Positions 13,843-26,261 are shown, numbered from the stretch's first letter. The stretch: 64,000 nt of DNA from Octopus sinensis (GCF_006345805.1 NC_043001.1:64170001-64234000), one strand, 5' to 3'. Notes: generated from the sequence alone by a model not told the origin. A program made the numbers and translations.

Positions 13843-14008
13843 TACGACAAGCTTCTATCAGTTTCCATCTATCATATCCACTCACAAGGCTTTGGTTGGC
13901 CCAAGACTATAGTGGAAGGCACTTGCCCAAGGTGCCACACATTAGGACTGAACCTGGAGTCATATGGTTGGGAAGCAAGCTTCTTACCACACAGCCACTC
14001 CTGCACCT
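13843..14008 (-). mobile_element. SINE family A, 5' half
   Basis: Reverse complement has tRNA-like head with A/B boxes and ggcaccttgggcaagtg (CORE-like) segment. Confidence 0.75.
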
Positions 14009-14679
14009 ATTATGTTAAAGCTTTGTTATGTAAAAGTTTGTATTCTTTTGGAATGAAGAATGCAAACATAGGTGCTGAACCAGTAACTAAACTTGCAGTA
14101 TTTTGTTGGGATTAATCGAATGTATTGACAGCTAGATAATTACTTCTATGAGAATCGTTTACCTTTAAAGCGAAAAAACAAAACCGACATATATGACAGG
14201 TATGTAAAATGTATTTCTGTGTATTTTCTCTGTTCATTCAGATAAGCTTAGAAATTGTTGCTCGCATGCACACACAAACATAAAAATTCTCCAGACATTT
14301 AGCTATTATTTCTAGCATATCAAGTTTTATGGTGAGGGCTTCACATGCCATGATCCTTTTGCAAACAGACAAAACAGCCGTTCATTTTCACTTTTAGACA
14401 GTGGGATGGGATGGTGAGGGGTGTATGGATCAATTTTAAAGTTTTTCATAATTAAATTTGAAATTAAAATTCGATTTTTTTCCCCCATATTCTTAATCTC
14501 CTTATTTTCCCCCGTAGATTGAAAAAAGAAATTTTGAAAAAAAAGTTTAAAATTAAAAATTGGTGATGGGAGGTTAAAAATTTTGAAAACGTGGAGGTTT
14601 TTTTGCATATTCAGAATCGCCATCATCAAAAACATAGGAATCCTGTGAAAAAAAAAAGTCCAAAGGAAATTAATTGCAT

Positions 14680-16063
14680 TGCTTGAAGAGAGTGACTTGC
14701 TGACTGACATCCAGCATGGTTTTTGACAGGTAGAAGCTGCCTGACAGAGCCCTTGCAGCATTACAACTGAGTGCTAAAGCAGCCGCTCAACAACTCAAAT
14801 GCGGATGTAATATACCTCAATTTTGCAAAAGCCATTGACAAAGTTGACCATGGTATGATTTGTCACAAGCTCCAAAATCTTGGCATATTTGGAGAACTTG
14901 GAGAATTGTTACATGACTTTCTAAAAGATAGAAGTCAGGTAGCAGTGGTCACTTTCTAAAAGATAGAAGTCAGGTAGCAGTGGTCACTTCCAAGAAAACA
15001 CAAATAATGAGTGGTGTTCCACAGAGCACTATCCTGAGGCTACTGCTATTTATATTGGCCTTCTCTGACATGCCCCTAACGAATCAAATAGCTAGCTATA
15101 CAGACGATACAAAAGTCTCTCAGAGGATACCGAACCTTGGAGACGTTGTGCATCTGCAGCGTGAGTTGGACACAATATACAGGTGGGCTGAGGAAAATAG
15201 CATGCAGTTTAATGCTGAAAAATTCTAAGCCCTGTACTACCAACACAGGAAGCTCAATGAAAAGCATAAAAGATACACTGGTCCAGGAAGGATTCCAATC
15301 CCCGAATCAAAATGAGTGCATGACCTGGGCATCGACATGAGTAACGATGCATCTTTCCAGGTGGACATTACTAAGTTGGCAATAAAGTGAAAATGTCTGG
15401 TCAGGTGGATCCTTTGAACTTTCAAAACAAGAGAAAAAGAAATCATGATGGTCCTCAGTCGTTCTCAGTCATCTGGATTACTGCTCTCAGATGTGGTCAC
15501 CAACAGTGTAAAATTAACGATGGAACTCAAGGCGATCCAACGAAGCCACACAAAGAAGATCGATATAATGTGACATATCAGCTATTGGGAGAGACTGAAA
15601 GAGCTAAGGCTCTACTCCCTGGAGAGAAGGCAGGAAAGATATGCAATAATATACATCTGGAAAATCCTAGAGAAACTTGTTCCAAACTTTGGCATTGTCA
15701 CTTACTCAAACAGTAGGACGGGGCGCTACTGCATGGTACCAAAGGTCCCAACATTGCCATCAGGATACAGTACCAGATACTGCAACAGCTTGGTCTTCAA
15801 AAGCCCACAATGCTTCAATATCCTCCCACAAAGCCTGAGTGGCCTCCATGGCATGGGCATAGGCTTTTTCAAAACAAATCTAGATCTTCTTTTAAGAGTT
15901 CTGGATGAACCTACGTTTATGCAAGAAACACAGGTGAAGGCAGCAACATCAAACTGCCTCATCCACCAAATATAACATATCAGAGGAGGTTTAGTGAATA
16001 TGTAGAAAAGTAAATGGTGGTCCCCAGTATGGCTGCAGTCCTTGGACTGAAACTAAAAGAAAA
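14680..16063 (+). mobile_element. CR1-group LINE, 5'-truncated RT and 3' end
   Basis: QHGF, DVIYLNFAKAIDKVDHG, SGVPQSTIL, YTDDTK, WAEENSMQFNAEK, LYSLERR-like segment; 35-bp internal tandem duplication near 14917-14987; 3' stem-loop CAGTC-CTTG-GACTG. Confidence 0.82.
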
Positions 16064-16285
16064 TATATATACACACACAAACATACATATATATATATAT
16101 AAAGATATGTGTGTAGTATGTGTGTGTGTGTGAATATATATATATATATACACACATACATACATGTATATATATATATATATAATTATGTGAAATAGAA
16201 AGATGAATAATCTTGTAGTAGATTAATCAAAAGTTTAACCGATACCTTGGTAGCAAAAATCACAGCAGTAAACAGCACGGTTTAT

Positions 16286-16341
<56 letters not shown>

Positions 16342-16372
16342 CGCGAGAAAAAAGCAACAAGAATGGATAGGT

Positions 16373-16463
16373 TTTTAGTACAATCGTTTCATACAAGGAC
16401 AGGCTTTATTAAAAGTTGCAAAAATTGCAGCATATAAACGTGTCCCGTACTCATCAGCTAAAA
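16373..16463 (-). ncRNA. Type I hammerhead ribozyme (left-arm copy)
   Basis: Reverse complement of 22678-22768. Confidence 0.75.
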
Positions 16464-17908
16464 TACATGTGAGTTCTCTAGACATCCTAGTGGTTGAGGC
16501 TATACTCATGAAGTAATGTAGATAATTAAGTAACATAAACAGATTTCCAAAGTTCATTAAAGTTCTTTAAAGATGATGTACAGTCTTATCACAGAATTAA
16601 AAAAAGTTTTAATAGCATCACAGAGAAGGTGACTTAATCCATAGTGTACATATGAATTTCCAGAGATATGAGGAGGGATTACATACTCACAGACGACAAA
16701 TTTATCCATTGCTAATCACAACGAGGTGGGTTTCAATTCCTGCTTATTAGCATTACAGAGAGGGTGAATTAATCCTTTGTATAGATGCACAATTTCCAAT
16801 GGTGTAGATGTAAATTTCCAGAGAAATGAAGAGGAATTTCATATTCACAGGCGATAAATTTATCAATGGTTGAACACAATGAGGTGGGTATCAATTCTTG
16901 CTATATGATTAGGTATTTGCCACATTAATCACATTACTGCTATTTTCAAGAGACTGTAGCTATTTAACTTTTAAAGGCTGAAGGGCTTTCTGGAGAGGCA
17001 AAGAACAGAAAAGGGAAGGAAAGAGAAGGAAAGAGAGAAAATAAAGGGGGAGGGGCTAGAAGAGAAGAGAAAAGGAAAAAGAAAAAGAGAATAAGAAGAA
17101 GAAAAAAAAGAGAAAAGAGAAAGAAATAGGGAAAGAAGGGAAAAAAAGAAAAAGAAAAAAAGAGGGTTCTAGTTATACAGAAGAATTAGTAGACGGCAAG
17201 TCTGGTTTTAATTTACAGGCATCTAGGAACTAGAGGAGAATATTATTCTTTGACCAGTAAAACAGCTAATTTATTGCTGTCGAAAGCAGCTATGAATTTA
17301 AAGAGAATCTAAAGAGATAACACGGTCAGGGGTTTAGGGGTTTAGTGGTCAAAGGCTAAAATCAAAAGAAAATACATTAGGAAAATCTAAGTATAATCTT
17401 ATCAAAAAGTCATTAAAATTTATTTATTTATTTTATTCATTTTACTGTCTTAAGGAGTTGCCGTTATTATTCATACATTGCCGGACTACAGGTCAAATCT
17501 TAGAAGATCATTTACAAGGTGTTAGGGAATTGTCTATCATAATGAAGATAATCATATTATCACCGAGGGAGTAGCCTTATTTATTTAATTTTGAAATAGA
17601 ATTATGGGGCTTTAGTAACTCATTTTATTTTATTAAAGTTATGCTACTTAAATTAGATTAAGTTAAGAATTAAAATTAAAAATTAAAATTAAGATTTAAA
17701 AATTTAAAATTATGAGTTTGAAATTAAATAAAGCCTCAATTAAGCAGCGTATAAGTACTATTCATTTCCCTGTTCTCAAAAAAACTGATGCAGATATAAG
17801 GAAAAAGATAACTGTAGTGTGAGAACTCTTAGTTATCTACTTAAAGCAGTGCTATACTAGTAAAAATCAAGTTATATCTATCTATTTATCTAGTTACGAA
17901 TATTCCAA

Positions 17909-19036
17909 TCATTTAAAATATTTTAAAGTCTTCAATTTAGCGTGGACACAAACTTGACCTAGTTCGATATGGTTATTCAATAAGTTTCTATGTTTTCTAT
18001 GCTTTAGAATTTCATACGTCTCCATGGAGCATAGTTGGCAACCAACCCTGCTATTTTTATACGGAATTGCTCTCCTAACTATTTCCCAATTAAGGTTGTA
18101 ATTATTATTATTATTTTTGAGTTCCCAGATTTTGTTTGAAAGTGTGGTGGTACCAGCTTTATGACGTAATTTAAAAGACGAGATGTGATTTCTAACTCTG
18201 GCTAGAAAATTAATTGTACATCCAATGTAAAAATATTTGTTATTCTCCGTGGATATGGTACATTTATAGATTACATTATTTTCCCCGCATAGACCAGGTG
18301 CCGGGCATTTTGATTTTATTCCACACTTACACACAGGAGGAACAACTTCAGGTTTTGGATTATTCTTGGGTAGATGTCTTAGGTTCCTATTATTTTGATT
18401 ATCATGAGTATAATTGTCCTTATTGTTATTAATATTTCTATAGTTGGTGCTGATATCTAAAGTATTGCTATTATTTATTGATCCTTCTGTTTCATCTTTT
18501 AGGTCTAAAGTCCTACCATGATTTCTTATATTATTGGTAATGTTACTATTATTGTTAGTCTTTTTATCCGACTGCATATTGTTGCTATAGATATCACTGA
18601 TATTTTCATTCTCCTTATTTTCTCCATTAGCTTTATTTCTATTATTTCTACTATTAACATTATTACTTCTATTAATATCGGTATTGTTATTATTACTATT
18701 AATGTTAATGTTATTAGTCATTCTGTGGTAACTAATTTCACCCATGTTTTGATAGTTACTATTACTGTTTTTATTGTTGGTAGTAATATTATAATTGCTA
18801 TTGGTATTCATGCTGATATTATTATTTTTATTTCTATTTTTCCTGGCTAGTTTAATGTTGTTAATCTTAGCTATTAAAGTGGACATATTTGGGAGGGTTG
18901 AATAAGAAATCCTAACTGTTTTCCTAGAAATAATTCTATGATATCTATGAGAGATTGGGAAATTTTTTGCAGAATTACTTTGAATTTGTTCTGTATATCC
19001 GATTGTATCGCACAGTTGAAAGGAATATTCAGCCAT
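17909..19036 (-). pseudogene. PLE ORF C-terminal part: thumb, Asn-rich linker, GIY-YIG endonuclease
   Basis: ORF track 375 aa; separated from the upstream RT by a homopolymer frameshift near 18965. Confidence 0.8.
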
Positions 19037-19928
19037 ATTATATCTTTTTTATTAAATTTAGGGTTCGTGGAATTATTACTATTCATCTCACCGGAGCTAT
19101 TGTATTATTACCATTATTTTTATTTTTATTTGTGTGCATCTTTGGTTTATCTACTTCGATATTATCCGAGTTACCTATGTTCTGGTCAATGCTTCTATTT
19201 GAATGTTGGGCCTGTACGTTAGATTAGCGTTTACCGTTAATTTAATTCTACTTATATTTCGGGCTTGGTCTATATTGCTGCTTACGTGATTACTGATAAC
19301 TTCCTTATTAGGAATACGTGAGTTCTCCTTATCAACGAATGTAATCTTTTGGTTGTATCCAGCTTTAGTTAACGCCGCATTATAATGCTCAGAATGGGAG
19401 TTAAATATATCCTTATTGGATGATAATTTTGAAATTCTTAATGAAATATTTCTTACTAAAGATTCAATTATATTTGGGGGATGATTTGATAATTTATTTA
19501 CTTAATTCGTGATTTCGCCTTCCTTTCTAAATGGGTAATGCAGCTTGGAGTTAAGGTCTAGCATATATCTAGGAAGTTAACTATTTTAGTGCCCGGTTCA
19601 TACGTTATACTGAGGTTGAAATCCTTAAAGAACTTATTAATTTTCTTTCTAATCCTTTCTATAACAGATTTATTATTACTAGGGATAACAAACAGAGCAT
19701 CATCCCTATATAGACCCCCCTGTATTTCTGGGATATCCTTGCTTATGCATTTTAATAGATATGCGCCTACTAGGTTGGTTACCTCAGCCGAATCACTGGA
19801 ACCCATTGGTATATCAAAATAATTAGGTGTATCTGCTCTAGTCCATAATTTATCTTCAAATTCTATAAATGTCTTCCTAGCTAGTAGCACAATATTGATT
19901 TCTTCTCTAGATATGAGGGAGCGATTCA

Positions 19929-22918
19929 TGAATCGCTCCCTCATATCTAGAGAAGAAATCAATATTGTGCTACTAGCTAGGAAGACATTTATAGAATTTG
20001 AAGATAAATTATGGACTAGAGCAGATACACCTGATTATTTTGATATACCAATGGGTTCGGTGAGATGAATAGTAATAATTCCACGAACCCTAAATTTAAT
20101 AAAAAAGATATAATATGGCTGAATATTCCTTTCAACTGTGCGATACAATCGGATATACAGAACAAATTCAAAGTAATTCTGCAAAAAAATTTCCCAATCT
20201 CTCATAGATATCATAGAATTATTTCTAGGAAAACAGTTAGGATTTCTTATTCAACCCTCCCAAATATGTCCACTTTAATAGCTAAGATTAACAACATTAA
20301 ACTAGCCAGGAAAAATAGAAATAAAAATAATAATATCAGCATGAATACCAATAGCAATTATAATATTACTACCAACAATAAAAACAGCAATAGTAACTAT
20401 CAAAACATGGGTGAAATTAGTTACCACAGAATGACTAATAACATTAACATTAATAGTAATAATAACAATACCGATATAAATAGAAGTAATAATGTTAATA
20501 ATAGAAATAATAGAAATAAAGCTAATGGAGAAAATAAGGAGAATGAAAATATCAGTGATATCTATAGCAACAATATGCAGTCGGATAAAAAGACTAACAA
20601 TAATAGTAACATTACCAATAATATAAGAAATCATGGTAGGACTTTAGACCTAAAAGATGAAACAGAAGGATCAATAAATAATAGCAATACTTTAGATATC
20701 AGCACCAACTATAGAAATATTAATAACAATAAGGACAATTATACTCATGATAATCAAAATAATAGGAACCTAAGACATCTACCAAGAATAATCCAAAACC
20801 TGAAGTTGTTCCTCCTGTGTGTAAGTGTGGAATAAAATCAAAATGCCCGGCACCTGGTCTATGCGGGGAAAATAATGTAATCTATAAATGTACCATATCC
20901 ACGGAGAATAACAAATTTTTACATTGGATGTACAATTAATTTTCTAGCCAGAGTTAGAAATCACATCTCGTCTTTTAAATTACGTCATAAAGCTGGTACC
21001 ACCACACTTTCAAACAAAATCTGGGAACTCAAAAATAATAATAATAATTAAACCTTAATTGGGAAATAGTTAGGAGAGCAATTCCGTATAAAAATAGCAG
21101 GGTTGGTTGCCAACTATGCTCCATGGAGACGTATGAAATTCTAAAGCATAGAAAACATAGAAACTTATTGAATAACCATATCGAACTAGGTCAAGTTTGT
21201 GTCCACGCTAAATTGAAGACTTTAAAATATTTTAAATGATTGGAATATTCGTAACTAGATAGATAGATAGATATAACTTGATTTTTACTAGTATAGTATA
21301 GCACTGCTTAAGTAGATAACTAAGAGTTCTCACACTACAGTTATTTTTTCCTTATATCTGCATCAGTTTTTTGAGAACAGGGAAATGAATAGTACTTATA
21401 CGCTGCTTAATTGAGGCTTTATTTAATTTCAAACTCATAATTTTAAATTTTTAAATCTTAATTTTAATTTTTAATTTTAATTCTTAACTTAATCTAATTT
21501 AAGTAGCATAACTTAATAAAATAAAATGAGTTACTAAAGCCCCATAATTCTATTTCAAAATTAAATAAATAAGGCTACTCCCTCGGTGATAATATGATTA
21601 TCTTCATTATGATAGACAATTCCCTAACACCTTGTAAATGATCTTCTAAGATTTGACCTGTAGTCCGGCAATGTATGAATAATAACGGCAACTCCTTAAG
21701 ACAGTAAAATGAATAAAATAAATAAATAAATTTTAATGACTTTTTGATAAGATTATACTTAGATTTTCCTATGTATTTTCTTTTGATTTTAGCCTTTGAC
21801 CACTAAACCCCTAAACCCCTGACCGTGTTATCTCTTTAGATTCTCTTTAAATTCATAGCTGCTTTCGACAGCAATAAATTAGCTGTTTTACTGGTCAAAG
21901 AATAATATTCTCCTCTAGTTCCTAGATGCCTGTAAATTAAAACCAGACTTGCCGTCTACTAATTCTTCTGTATAACTAGAACCCTCTTTTTTTCTTTTTC
22001 TTTTTTCCCTTCTTTCCCTATTTCTTTCTCTTTTCTCTTTTTTTTTCTTCTTCTTATTCTCTTTCTTTTTCCTTTTCTCTTCTCTTCTAGCCCCTCCCCC
22101 TTTATTTCTCTCTTTCCTTCTCTTTCCTTCCCTTTTCTGTTCTTTGCCTCTCCAGAAAGCCCTTCAGCCTTTAAAAGTTAAATAGCTACAGTCTCTTGAA
22201 AATAGCAGTAATGTGATTAATGTGGCAAATACCTAATCATATAGCAAGAATTGATACCCACCTCATTGTGTTCAACCATTGATAAATTTATCGCCTGTGA
22301 ATATGAAATTCCTCTTCATCTGGAAATTTACATCTACACCATTGGAAATTGTGCATCTATACAAAGGATTAATTCACCCTCTCTGTAATGCTAATAAGCA
22401 GGAATTGAAACCCACCTCGTTGTGATTAGCAATGGATAAATTTGTCGTCTGTGAGTATGTAATCCCTCCTCATATCTCTGGAAATTCATATGTACACTAT
22501 GGATTAAGTCACCTTCTCTGTGATGCTATTAAACTTTTTTTAAATTCTGTGATAAGACTGTACATCATCTTTAAAGAACTTTAATGAACTTTGGAAATCT
22601 GTTTATGTTACTTAATTATCTACATTACTTCATGAGTATAGCCTCAACCACTAGGATGTCTAGAGAACTCACATGTATTTTAGCTGATGAGTACGGGACA
22701 CGTTTATATGCTGCAATTTTTGCAACTTTTAATAAAGCCTGTCCTTGTATGAAACGATTGTACTAAAAACCTATCCATTCTTGTTGCTTTTTCTCGCTTA
22801 TAATCACCCCACATTACTGTATTGTTAAAACCGTATAGTTTGTTTTTGGTGCATCTAAGTAGGTACCATATTCAAGTAAATTCATTTAAATTAACTTGAA
22901 TCTTTATTGCTTTTGTAT
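19929..22918 (+). mobile_element. Inverted copy (right arm) of the same PLE, with about 705-bp internal deletion
   Basis: Reverse complement of 16343-19928; jumps at 20058 from the equivalent of 19799 to 19093; about 120 extra 3' bases before (TA)n. Confidence 0.9.
22678..22768 (+). ncRNA. Type I hammerhead ribozyme in PLE 3' end
   Basis: TTTTAG-CTGATGA-GTACGGGACA...TGTCCTTGTAT-GAAAC-GATT-GTA^CTAAAA; stems I, II and III all pair. Confidence 0.78.
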
Positions 22919-22953
22919 TATATATATATATAATATATATATACATATACATA

Positions 22954-22997
<44 letters not shown>

Positions 22998-23334
22998 ATA
23001 TATATGCATATGTATATATATACACACCACACACACACATATATAAATGTATATTGGTAAAAACGGTAAGATAACAAAAGAAAGAAGAGATGGTGGTGTG
23101 GATTTCCACCTCGGCATCCGAAACTCAGAGTTTTATCTTGACTACCGAATAATTGTTACATATTATATTTACAGATATATATAAATGTATATATATATAT
23201 AAGAATTAAAAAATGTAAACACAAATTAGGCAATCAACTTAGTTTGCATACTCATACAGTTATAAATTCAACTTAAATGTGTATATATGTATATTAATAC
23301 ATATCGACATATATGAATATCTTTAAAGATATAG

Positions 23335-24400
23335 TAAAGTATAGAAGCCATCTTATCATGGCTAACCACATTGGGGAGGGGGTGTTACTGTAGCTTTATA
23401 GCCCCAAGAGATCTTCGTCTCAAGCTGGCTTTAGACACAATATCAGTGTCCTTGGAGTATTTGCAAAGAGTGGCCATCCCTTCCTTGCAAGCCCGAGTGA
23501 TACGCTCGAACTAGTTTCGGGATTGTTGTCCCTCGTCAATGGGCGGTAACCACCAGATAGCGATGAAAGTGAGGGCTTCTTTGCAAATCATATATAAGTT
23601 TTTCTAATGGCGTCTGCCACTGATGTCGAAAAACAAACAGTAAGCATAATTAAATCTCAGAATGAGATTGAAACAGTAATCGCTCAATAATGTAAAGTAT
23701 AGAAGCCATCTTATCATGGCTAACCACATTGGGGAGGGTGTGTTACTGTAGCTTTATAGCCCCAAGAGATCTTCGTCTCAAGCTGGCTTTAGACACAATA
23801 TCAGTGTCCTTGGAGTATTTGCAAAGGGAGGCCATCCCTTCCTCGCAAGCCTGAGTGATATGCTCGAACTAGTTTCGAGATTGTTGTCCCTCGTCAACGG
23901 GTGGTAACCACCAGGTAGCGATGAAAGCTATAAAGCTACAGTAACACCCCCTCCCCAATGTGGTTAGCCATGATAAGATGGCTTCTATACTTTACATTAT
24001 CGAGCGATTACTGTTTCAATCTCATTCTGAGATTTAATTATGCTTACTGTTCGTTTTTCGACATCAGTGGCAGACGCCATTAGAAAAACTTATATATGAT
24101 TTGCAAAGAAGCCCTCACTTTCATCGCTACCTGGTGGTTACCGCCCGTTGACGAGGGACAACAATCCCGAAACTAGTTCGAGCGTATCACTCGGGCTTGC
24201 AAGGAAGGGATGGCCTCCCTTTGCAAATACTCCAAGGACACTGATATTGTGTCTAAAGCCAGCTTGAGACGAAGATCTCTTGGGGCTATAAAGCCACAGT
24301 AACACCCCCTCCCCAATGTGGTTAGCCATGATAAGATGGCTTCTATACTTTACATTATCGAGCGATTACTGTTTCAATCTCATTCTGAGATTTAATTATG
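23335..24400. mobile_element. Retrozyme-like 358-bp multimer (about 1.65 units minus, then about 1.3 units plus) with 13-bp TSD
   Basis: Period 358 (23335/23693; 23927/24285); inversion at about 23927; TTTAAAGATATAG at 23322-23334 and 24401-24413; hammerhead-like motif per unit. Confidence 0.7.
24142..24184 (+). ncRNA. Minimal type I hammerhead-like motif (U3 variant); copies on minus strand at about 23503-23545 and 23861-23903
   Basis: CGCCCG-TTGACGA-GGGA-caacaa-TCCC-GAAAC-TA-GTT^CGAGCG; palindromic AACTAGTT stem III. Confidence 0.55.
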
Positions 24401-24597
24401 TTTAAAGATATAGATATAAAAAAATATACATAAAAATACATGTAAATAGAATACATGTGAGATATATATAGAAAAGTGTGAGAGAAAGAGAACTGGTACA
24501 AATTTTTTTGTATTAAAATTAAGAGCGGTTAAGAGTTCCAATTAAAAGATCCATGAAATTCAATCTTTTTTATATACATATATATGCATATATATAT

Positions 24598-24905
24598 GTC
24601 ACCGTGATCACCGTGACCGACCAGGCTATCAGATGTTGCTACACATCGCTGGTCACAATGCGCTTCGCATTGTTTTAGCCTTCAAATGATGCCACCCTAC
24701 TGGCTAAGTGTGCTGGCCAACAGAAGAAAGAGTGAGAGAAAGTTATGACGAAAGAGTACAGCAGAGATCGCCACCACCCCCTGCTGGAGCCTTGTGGAGC
24801 TTTAGGTGTTTTTGCTCAATAAACACTCACAATGCCTGGTCTGGGAATCGAAACTGCGATCCTACAACCGCGAGTCCGCTGCCCTAACCACTGGACCATT
24901 GCACC
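24598..24905 (-). mobile_element. tRNA-derived SINE family B
   Basis: Reverse complement begins ggtgcaatggtccagtggttagg (A box)...gtttcgattccc (B box). Confidence 0.7.
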
Positions 24906-25622
24906 CAGTGTGTATGCATATATGCATACACACACACACGCACACACATATATACTTGAAATTTATAGAAACACAAAAGACGAAGACAGGTGTATGAACA
25001 AGAAGCAGGTGTATTAGTTTGACACTCGGGTGGTGTTTGGGTGTGCAGATGATGGTATGTGGTGTGAGTGCTGGGAAGTGGTCAGTGCTAGTGTGTGTGG
25101 AGTGGTGTGGGAGTAGGGGTGGTGTGTGTTGGAATGGGGTGTGGGTGAAGGGAATATCAATAAAGAGAGAAGGTGGGTAGGAGTGAAGTGAGGAGAGGAG
25201 AGGTGGGTAGAAGTGAGGAGAGGAAGTAGGTGTTAGATGAAGAGAGAAGAAGAGGGAAGTCAGATGAAGAGTGGAAGAGAGTTGAGGATTATATGGCATG
25301 CATAAAGCATAATTCTGCCAATATTTTATTTGTTTACAGTTTGATATTAAAATACATGCTACTGTCGCAGCGTAGAGAACACATGCAGTCACACAGAAAA
25401 TGACAAATTCCAAATCCTGTTTTCTGGCTGGGTAAGAATGATGAAACTTTAAACCTCTATTACTTTTTAAAGAAATTTTTCTGAAACAAGTGAATTAGAC
25501 CCTGAGATTCAGCATGAAAAATTACATGAATACACCAAATTTGAAAATTTTCACTTATTTTAAAGTGCAGCCAAACAGAAAACGGTCTAAAATAGATTTT
25601 CTAATTGTTTTTTTACATACGT

Positions 25623-26011
25623 AGGTACAGACGTAGCTGTGTGGTACTAAGCTAGCTTCACAACCACATGATTCTGGGTTCAGTCCCACCACATGGCACC
25701 TTGGGCAAGTGTCTTCTGCTATAGCTTCGGACTTACCAAAGCTTTGTGAGTGGATTTGGTAGATGGAAATTGAAAGAAGCCCGTTGTGTATACATACTTG
25801 TGTGTGTGTGTGTGTGTGTTTTTGTGTCTGTGTTTGTCCCATCCCCACTGCTTGACAGCCAGTGCTGGTGTGTTTATATCACTGTAACTTAGTAGTTCAG
25901 CAAAATTCCATTTCAAAAAAGTCTGGGGTTGATTCATTTGACTAAAACCTTTCAAGGCAGTGCCCCAGCATGGTCATGGTCAAATGATTGAAACAAGTAA
26001 AAGATAAAAGA
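25623..26011 (+). mobile_element. SINE family A, full length
   Basis: Colinear with 36575-36975: head, ccttgggcaagtgtc, (GT)n, tail ending gtaaaagataaaaga. Confidence 0.8.
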
Positions 26012-26261
26012 TGCATATATACAAAACACATACATATATGATAATAGCTGTTCTTTTGAGATGAATAAACTCTTGTTGTGAATACATTTACTTCAGTTGA
26101 GTTTTGTTTTAACTCTGCATATTCTATTTTTAAGCTGACAGTACAGAGAGAGAGACAGACAGACAGACAGACAAAAGTAAACAGAAGGTTGTATAGTAAA
26201 TAAAATAGGGTTTGCCAGAAACTCAATTATTAACTCTTGGAATCCTTTTATTTTGTTTCAG

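Larger units (their letters stand above)
16343..19928 (-). mobile_element. Penelope-like element (probably Naiad-type), 5'-truncated, left arm of palindrome
   Basis: RT FDIPMGSSDSAEV..GLYRDD..VNFLD (19558-19928); CKC-x4-CP-x2-G-x-C linker; GIY-YIG VIYKC..FYIG..R..H..CQLC..E..LLN (17909-18350); about 1.5-kb 3' region ending in a hammerhead. Confidence 0.9.

Noticed and set aside
16375-16557. Identical 60-aa ORF here and at 22584-22766
   Set aside because: Consequence of the palindrome; overlaps the hammerhead; no protein features.
17328-17348. GGGGTTTAGGGGTTTAG telomere-like words
   Set aside because: Only two units inside a PLE 3' region; too short to interpret.
18285-18335. Selenocysteine recoding as reported for some Naiad PLEs
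   Set aside because: The linker cysteines here use TGT/TGC, and no in-frame TGA was seen in the linkers of the other two PLEs (about 49720-49770, 34575-34620).
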